In this document: positions 57,988-64,000 of the stretch, one piece after another
Numbering within the stretch: the first letter of the stretch is position 1
How the letters are laid out: each line of letters opens with the position of its first letter
From: an uncultured Gammaproteobacteria bacterium
Lineage (GTDB): Bacteria; Patescibacteriota; Microgenomatia; Levybacterales; GWA1-39-11
DNA length: 64,000 nt
Assembly: GCA_964394645.1 (NCBI GenBank)
Contig: CAYMYC010000003.1
Location: 18,315 to 82,314 of the forward strand
Reading direction: 5' to 3'
The notes under the pieces: generated by a model
Told to the model about the DNA's origin: nothing
What the model saw: only the letters and a program-made list of their open reading frames with translations
Database searches by the model: none
Program-made: the position numbers and the translations under genes

Positions 57988-60210
57988 ATGAACGTTTCAG
58001 AACCTCATTTACCGGAGAAATTGGTTCATCTTATGGTTCGGAATCCAAAAGATGATGAAACTCCGATTCAGGCAGCAACACAGATTTTTTCAGGGATTCT
58101 ACCTCATTCATTTATTCCCCTTTGGAAACGTATATATATTCATCCATCAGTTTTTGCATTTGAATTGTTTCTTATAAATCAGTTGGCATCTTTTTATGTT
58201 ACCGCACCCAAGGAGAAGGAAACAGTTGTTTCAAGTCTTATTTCATCCTCTTTTCCCAAATCAAACATCACTAAAACTACTGACCCCATGGTGGAGGTGT
58301 TAAAGGCAAAGCACATTGTATATGGACAAATGATTTTAGATTCATATTCTTATCTTCCAATCAAAACATATGCTGATTTTGAAGACGTAGATCCATTGTC
58401 TGCGCTTTTAGGGTTTCTGGGTAAGCAAGATGAGAACACGCAGATGGCTGTTCAAATATTAGTAACTCCTGCACTTTTTGATTGGCAGCATAAGGCAGTT
58501 GATATGGCAGGACATATGGTTTTAGATGCTCCAGGAGCACCAAATGATCCGAGCGAGAAGGCTCGTTATTCACAGAATCCCCAGAAACTACTCATGATGC
58601 AGAAGGCATCATTTGTGGGTGGTAAAACAGTGGTACGTTTAGTTGTGGGTAGTGATAGTGCTGAGAAGGCAAAGCATGAGCTGCATAATTTAGCGGGTAT
58701 TTTTGGTACCTTTTCTCAGGGAGAGGGGAATCAATTTGTTCTAAAACGACCAAAAATTAGAAAAAAGGTATTACTTGTCAGAATAAAAGATAGGAAAACT
58801 GGAATTTTTGAACGTCGGAATCAAGTGTTAAATGCTCAGGAATTAGCTACTTTATGGCATCCACCGGGAATTCTCCTTTCAGGTATACGGAACGTGTCAT
58901 GGGGGAAGACTCTTCTTGGTGAGCCTCCAGAGAATCTACCGGTAATAACCGGTATGGCTGATGACGAAAAGCAAAAAGTAAATTTTTTTGCAAAAACAGA
59001 ATATAAAAACAAAGAAACAATATTTGGCATAAAAGATGCAGATAGACGAAAACACATTTATGCAATTGGTAAAACTGGGGCAGGGAAATCTACTCTGATT
59101 GCAAACATGGCAATTGATGATATTCGGAAGGGAAGAGGAATTGGAATTATAGATCCTCATGGAGACTTATCGGAAACAATTTTAGACTATATACCAAAAA
59201 GAAGACTAAATGATGTTGTTTATCTTGAGCCTTTTGATAAAGAGCGACCCTTCTCACTGAATGTGTTAGAAGTACATAACAAGCAGCACAAAGATTTGGT
59301 TGCATCAGGAATAGTTTCTATTTTTCATAAGATTTACGGGGATAGTTGGGGTCCTAGGCTAGAGTATATATTGCGGAATGTTATTTTAACGCTTTTGGAT
59401 ATAGAGGAGGGGACTCTTATAGACGCGTTGAGGTTATTATCCGACGATTCATTTAGGGCAAGTGTCGTACCTCGTTTAAATGATCCTGTATTAAGAAATT
59501 TTTGGACAGGTGAATTTGATAGGATGTCTGATAAATTGAGGGCAGAAGCCGTTTCTCCCATCCAAAATAAAATTGGTCAATTTGTCTCAAGCAGCATGAT
59601 AAGAAATATAATAGGTAATAAAACATCTAGCATTAATCTACAAGAAATAATGGATGAGGGGAAAATATTAATTCTTAATCTATCACAGGGGAAATTAGGA
59701 GAAGACAACGCGGCGTTATTGGGTGCTATGATAATTACACAAATTCAACTTGCTGCTATGAATAGGTCTTATGTTAAAGAAGAAGACAGACGGGACTTTT
59801 TCCTTTATGTAGACGAGTTTCAGAATTTTGCAACAGAATCTTTTGCAAAGATTTTATCTGAGGCAAGAAAATATAGACTATCATTAACGCTTGCAAATCA
59901 ATATGGTGATCAACTGGAAGAGGAAATACAGAGGGCAATTTTTGGTAACGCAGGGAGCATTATATCATTTGTTGTAGGAGCAAGAGATGCGTATATGTTA
60001 ACGCGTGAATTTGCCGAAGTCTATTCTGAAAATGACTTGGTTTCACTTGGTAAGTTTGAAACGGTAGTAAAACTCTCAATTGACGGAATGACCTCAGGTC
60101 CATTTCCTGCCATTACATTACCGTTACCAAATCTTAAAAACGATAACAGGGAGGATATCATAAGAAACAGCCGCGAGCGTTATGGTCGGAAGCCTGTAAA
60201 AAACTTCTAG
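57988..60210 (+). CDS. VirD4/TraG/HerA-like (DUF87) ATPase
   Basis: GKTGAGKST, IIDPHGD, YVDEFQNF, LSEARKYRL, ANQY. Confidence 0.9.
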   Translation: MNVSEPHLPEKLVHLMVRNPKDDETPIQAATQIFSGILPHSFIPLWKRIYIHPSVFAFELFLINQLASFYVTAPKEKETVVSSLISSSFPKSNITKTTDPMVEVLKAKHIVYGQMILDSYSYLPIKTYADFEDVDPLSALLGFLGKQDENTQMAVQILVTPALFDWQHKAVDMAGHMVLDAPGAPNDPSEKARYSQNPQKLLMMQKASFVGGKTVVRLVVGSDSAEKAKHELHNLAGIFGTFSQGEGNQFVLKRPKIRKKVLLVRIKDRKTGIFERRNQVLNAQELATLWHPPGILLSGIRNVSWGKTLLGEPPENLPVITGMADDEKQKVNFFAKTEYKNKETIFGIKDADRRKHIYAIGKTGAGKSTLIANMAIDDIRKGRGIGIIDPHGDLSETILDYIPKRRLNDVVYLEPFDKERPFSLNVLEVHNKQHKDLVASGIVSIFHKIYGDSWGPRLEYILRNVILTLLDIEEGTLIDALRLLSDDSFRASVVPRLNDPVLRNFWTGEFDRMSDKLRAEAVSPIQNKIGQFVSSSMIRNIIGNKTSSINLQEIMDEGKILILNLSQGKLGEDNAALLGAMIITQIQLAAMNRSYVKEEDRRDFFLYVDEFQNFATESFAKILSEARKYRLSLTLANQYGDQLEEEIQRAIFGNAGSIISFVVGARDAYMLTREFAEVYSENDLVSLGKFETVVKLSIDGMTSGPFPAITLPLPNLKNDNREDIIRNSRERYGRKPVKNF

Positions 60211-60265
60211 TTTCTTCACGTTCCGGTCTTGGTCATAGCTTCTCTTTATAGTGTATAATGCCAAT

Positions 60266-61027
60266 ATGGTTAGAAGGCTTACTTTTTTATTGTCAGTAAT
60301 GTTACTCTGTTTTATCCTTTTTTTCTTTTCTTCAACCTTTTCAAAGCCCGTAGATTTTATAGTAAACATTTTATCTTTTCCTCGTGTGACTTTACATAGT
60401 TCAATATATGCTCAGGGAAGACTAACAAGGGAAGATACCCTCCTTATTGAGAACAAAAAGTTAAGCGAGCAGCTGACAAAAATGGACTTATTAAAGAGGG
60501 ATAATGACGCGCTTCGTTCGCAATTTCAAGAAACCTCTCAGCTATCATCAGATTTGCTTCCCGCGAAAGTGATAGGCTTTACAGGGGTTTTAAATAACCC
60601 CACAACCCTCATTTTAAATCAGGGGGAGAAAAGTAATGTAAGAACAGGGATGGCAGTGATAGTAGGAGAAAATTTAGTGGGTAAGATTGGCAAAACTACA
60701 AATTGGAGTTCTGAGTTGATTTTACCGGTAAGCAAAAAATTTTCCACATTAGGGGTTGCAGCGTCACACAATAGTCCCGGAATTATAAGAGGTGAAGAAG
60801 ACTTTATATTGTTTGAGAATATAGTTATTACAGATTCTATATCAAAAAACGAAATGGTGGTAACTAAGGGAGAGAAGAGCTTGAATGGTGTGGGGATTCC
60901 ACCAGATCTAATAATAGGAAAAATTGTGCTTGTGAATAAATCGGAAACACAACCTTTTCAGAGCGCACAAATAAAAAGCTTAGTAGATTTTAAGAAATTA
61001 ACAATAGTTTTTATAATCACAAAATAG
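60266..61027 (+). CDS. mreC: Rod shape-determining protein MreC
   Basis: Coiled coil, 'PAKVIG', 'ILNQGEKSNVRTGMAVI', 'IPPDLIIGKI', 'FQSA'. Confidence 0.9.
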   Translation: MVRRLTFLLSVMLLCFILFFFSSTFSKPVDFIVNILSFPRVTLHSSIYAQGRLTREDTLLIENKKLSEQLTKMDLLKRDNDALRSQFQETSQLSSDLLPAKVIGFTGVLNNPTTLILNQGEKSNVRTGMAVIVGENLVGKIGKTTNWSSELILPVSKKFSTLGVAASHNSPGIIRGEEDFILFENIVITDSISKNEMVVTKGEKSLNGVGIPPDLIIGKIVLVNKSETQPFQSAQIKSLVDFKKLTIVFIITK

Positions 61028-61031
61028 AGTT

Positions 61032-61469
61032 ATGATTTCTCACGTCTTATTTATTTTACTTCTCACGATTGCATTATTGGTGGAAATTTCAATAATTCCT
61101 TTTCCTTTTGTTTTTCTTTTTTCTTTATTATATTTTTTCTATTCAAAGAGGGTGTTTACCATTTTTATTATTCTGTTTTTTTCGTTATTATTAGATAGAG
61201 CACAGTTGCACACATTAGGGCTAAGTTCATTATTTTTCTTTTTTTTCTTTTCTGTAGTTACGTTATTGGAGAAATCGCTTTCTGTAAAGGCGACTTCTTT
61301 ATTTGCAGCATTAACAATATTGGTAGGTACTGAAGTATATAGGCAATATATAGGCTATCCCTTTTTGCCGGTTTTTGAAGTAATCATGATAGTATTTCTT
61401 ACATCACTTATTGTGCTTGAGCGTTTTATTGGTAAGAAGGAAAGACCGATATATGAAAAAAAAATATAA
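61032..61469 (+). CDS. mreD: Membrane protein, MreD by position
   Basis: Very hydrophobic; lies between mreC and PBP2. Confidence 0.6.
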   Translation: MISHVLFILLLTIALLVEISIIPFPFVFLFSLLYFFYSKRVFTIFIILFFSLLLDRAQLHTLGLSSLFFFFFFSVVTLLEKSLSVKATSLFAALTILVGTEVYRQYIGYPFLPVFEVIMIVFLTSLIVLERFIGKKERPIYEKKI

Positions 61470-63240
61470 AACAGGTATAGCATTTTCTGATTTCGTAACG
61501 CGGGAGAGATCCATGTTTTCCTCAGGAAAGAATAGCTCATCTGTTTTTCAGCCTTCAGAGCTGTTGCTTATGATCCCTGCATTTCTGCTAATTTGTGTTT
61601 TTTTGATTCTTTTTCTAAGGCTCTTCTATGTACAGGTGGTGCAAGGAGCTTATTATTCTGGTTTAGCTGATCAAAACAGAACAAGAACTATAACCATTCC
61701 CGCACCAAGAGGTATAATCTTTGACAGATTTAATCGCCCACTTGTACGTAACGTCCCCATATTTGAAATATTTGAGAATAAGAAAGCAAAATTAATTGGA
61801 AAAGATCAGGCATTGCAACTTTTAAATCAGGGAAAGGATGTCAAGGATACAACCACGCGAGAATATTTATATGGTAGTAATTTCGCGAACGTTTTAGGCT
61901 ACACTGGACAAATATCTGAAGAGGAACTAAATAGCCCAGAGTATAAGGATTATGTCATAACAGACTTTGTAGGTAAAATCGGTCTTGAGAGTGAGTATGA
62001 AAAAGTCCTCCATGGAGAAAACGGAAAAGAACTATATGAAGTAAATGCGGCAGGTGAAAAGAGTAGATTTTTGGGGAGGGAAGAACCTATCTCTGGGGAA
62101 AATATTATAACCACGCTAGATATAGATATTCAACAGGCAGTAGCAAACGCTATGAAAGATATTAAAAAAGGAGCGGTAGTTGTATCAAATCCCAAAGATG
62201 GTGGGATAATGGCGTTGTATACGAAACCTACATTTGATAGTAATATCTTTACTCATTCAAAAGAATATGTAGCAGAAGGAGATTATAAGGATGTAAGCTC
62301 TATCCTTTTAGATACTGAAAACCAACCCTTATTAGATAGGGCAATTGGGGGAGTATATCCTCCCGGTTCAACGTTTAAGCTTGTTACTGCGGTTGCAGCC
62401 CTTTCATCAGGCGCTATAAAGCCAGACACAAAAATTGAGGATACGGGAGTATTGAGGGTGGGAAGTTTTTCGTTTGGAAATTGGTACTTTTTACAGCATG
62501 GAAGAAAGGATGGGTTTGTAGATGTAGTTGCAGCTATAAAACGTTCAAATGATATATTTTTCTACAAAGCTGCTGATGAAACAGGAGTTGATACGTTAAG
62601 TCGTTGGGCAATGCAATTTGGATTGGGAAACACATTGGGAATAGATGTTCCTGGTGAGGTAGCAGGGACTGTTCCTACGCGTGAATGGAAGGAAAGAGTG
62701 ATTTCAGAGCAATGGTATTTAGGAGACACCTTTAATTATGGCATAGGACAAGGATATTTACTAACAACTCCGCTACAGGTTAACTTTATGACAACTGTTG
62801 TGGCAAATGGTGGAGATCTATTTAAGCCACATATTATAAAGGGGACTGGGGAAAAAATAAAGGAAAATTTAGTAAAGAACGAGTATTTGAATCTAGTCTT
62901 ACAGGGAATGAAGGAGAGCTGTGAGGTGGGTGGAGTAGCTTGGCCATTTTTTGATTTTAAAGTTAAAAATGATATGTTAAAAATAGACAACACAAATTAT
63001 GTAGAAGACGCATCCGGTAGTAGTAGTATGGTCAGGGTTAAAGTCGGATGTAAGACAGGGACTGCAGAAACGGGAGGAAAAGAAACAAAACCACACGCAT
63101 GGATTACCGTGATTGCTCCCTTTTACAATCCAGAGGTGGTTGTGACTGTGTTAGTTGAGAATGGAGGAGAAGGATCTAGTATTGCTGGACCTGTAGCACG
63201 CGATATTTTGAAGGTATACTTTGAACGGAAAAAGAATTAA
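61453..63240 (+). CDS. mrdA: Penicillin-binding protein 2 (class B)
   Basis: APRGIIFDR, PGSTFK (SxxK), RSND, KTGTAE. Confidence 0.93.
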   Translation: MKKKYKTGIAFSDFVTRERSMFSSGKNSSSVFQPSELLLMIPAFLLICVFLILFLRLFYVQVVQGAYYSGLADQNRTRTITIPAPRGIIFDRFNRPLVRNVPIFEIFENKKAKLIGKDQALQLLNQGKDVKDTTTREYLYGSNFANVLGYTGQISEEELNSPEYKDYVITDFVGKIGLESEYEKVLHGENGKELYEVNAAGEKSRFLGREEPISGENIITTLDIDIQQAVANAMKDIKKGAVVVSNPKDGGIMALYTKPTFDSNIFTHSKEYVAEGDYKDVSSILLDTENQPLLDRAIGGVYPPGSTFKLVTAVAALSSGAIKPDTKIEDTGVLRVGSFSFGNWYFLQHGRKDGFVDVVAAIKRSNDIFFYKAADETGVDTLSRWAMQFGLGNTLGIDVPGEVAGTVPTREWKERVISEQWYLGDTFNYGIGQGYLLTTPLQVNFMTTVVANGGDLFKPHIIKGTGEKIKENLVKNEYLNLVLQGMKESCEVGGVAWPFFDFKVKNDMLKIDNTNYVEDASGSSSMVRVKVGCKTGTAETGGKETKPHAWITVIAPFYNPEVVVTVLVENGGEGSSIAGPVARDILKVYFERKKN

Positions 63241-63263
63241 TATGTGTTGATAGCTGTTACCGG

Positions 63264-64000
63264 TTAATCAATCCACTTTATTGTTGAGAGGATTTTTTCA
63301 AACATTGTAAGATTTGCGTAATTCATAAGACTTATTTGTATGTTTGGCATTATATGTACGATTTGATTTGTGCCGTCTCCCATGAGTCCACCGCTTCTTA
63401 TTTCTTTCCATTGTGCTGATGTCTTGTTGTCTATTTTCCCTAACGCTACATTTGAGATTGTTGTAGTTGGTGTATATGGTTCAGACCCGTCACTGCCATC
63501 ATTTTTTACAACTTCAGACTTTGGAATAGAAGATTCCAGTGAAGCAAAGGGAGTCGTTAGTTTCCCAATGTGCATTTCTCCGGCGTTGCCTCCAAAGGGG
63601 CAGCTTTTTGCAAATTCTGCAGGTTGAGGGTTTTTCTTAAAAATTACATAATAGTCTTTTCCGCAATCCCACATATCCCAATCTTGCGGAACTTTAAGTT
63701 CAGCAAATGAAGTTTTTATAAGTTTCCACCTCGCAATTTCTGGGTCAGGGGTTGGAGTTGCGGTGGGAGAGGGTGTGACGCGCGGTGTGCTTAAGGGAGA
63801 ATGCATTTTTTCAGGAGTAATTTTAGTAGTCATCTTATTATCAGTATTAGTTTTATTTGCTTGCATGATATAAATTCCCATACCCATAACTGTAATAAGT
63901 AAAAGTAAAATAATGCCGACTAATATTCCCATAAAGAACTTTGGGGGTTTTTGTGCATGAGTTGTCGTAGGTGTGTCTATTTGGTTAGTGTGTTTTTCTA
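63264..64000 (-). CDS. Single-TM surface protein, PsbP/Mog1-like family (5' end probably beyond window)
   Basis: Frame is open to the window edge; TM, PT linker, 'LKVPQDW', ends 'FEKILSTIKWID'. Confidence 0.6.
   Translation of the reverse strand, partial: EKHTNQIDTPTTTHAQKPPKFFMGILVGIILLLLITVMGMGIYIMQANKTNTDNKMTTKITPEKMHSPLSTPRVTPSPTATPTPDPEIARWKLIKTSFAELKVPQDWDMWDCGKDYYVIFKKNPQPAEFAKSCPFGGNAGEMHIGKLTTPFASLESSIPKSEVVKNDGSDGSEPYTPTTTISNVALGKIDNKTSAQWKEIRSGGLMGDGTNQIVHIMPNIQISLMNYANLTMFEKILSTIKWID

Noticed and set aside
57988-60210. Conjugative element suggested by the VirD4/TraG-like ATPase
   Set aside because: No relaxase or VirB genes nearby; it sits among core envelope genes with host-like composition.
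1-64000. Alternative genetic code (UGA=Gly, as in Gracilibacteria/Absconditabacteria)
   Set aside because: Conserved genes are full length under code 11 and several end at TGA at the expected position.

Overview
AT-rich bacterial chromosome segment read with the standard genetic code. Gene content and style suggest Patescibacteria/CPR, probably Microgenomates (inference). Housekeeping genes (rpmG, rnhB, era, typA, rplA-rplK-nusG-secE, galU, argS, ndk, truB, dsbA/dsbB-like, sortase, mreC-mreD-PBP2) and five tRNAs (Tyr, Thr, Trp, Pro, Arg) are interleaved with many orphan and surface-protein genes. Main finds: (1) a ~5.15 kb element at the 3' end of tRNA-Pro(CGG) whose large serine recombinase gene appears to be split by its own attP. 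Rejoining the ends at a shared GTCG core replaces the last 5 residues (read from the tRNA antisense strand) with a 50-codon in-frame tail stored at the other end, and a TTGAACT motif shows the 5-bp attP/attB offset typical of serine integrases. The cargo includes two terminase-small-subunit-like genes and an HNH nuclease (satellite-like). (2) An intact tRNA-Arg(CCT) nested inside the D-loop of a second, interrupted tRNA-Arg copy. (3) An orphan gene bracketed by a decayed duplication of its neighbour's promoter and 5' end. Also: REP-like repeats, including an in-frame one in truB, pervasive leaderless-type promoters, and a recurring [D/N]ASGS motif in extracytoplasmic proteins.
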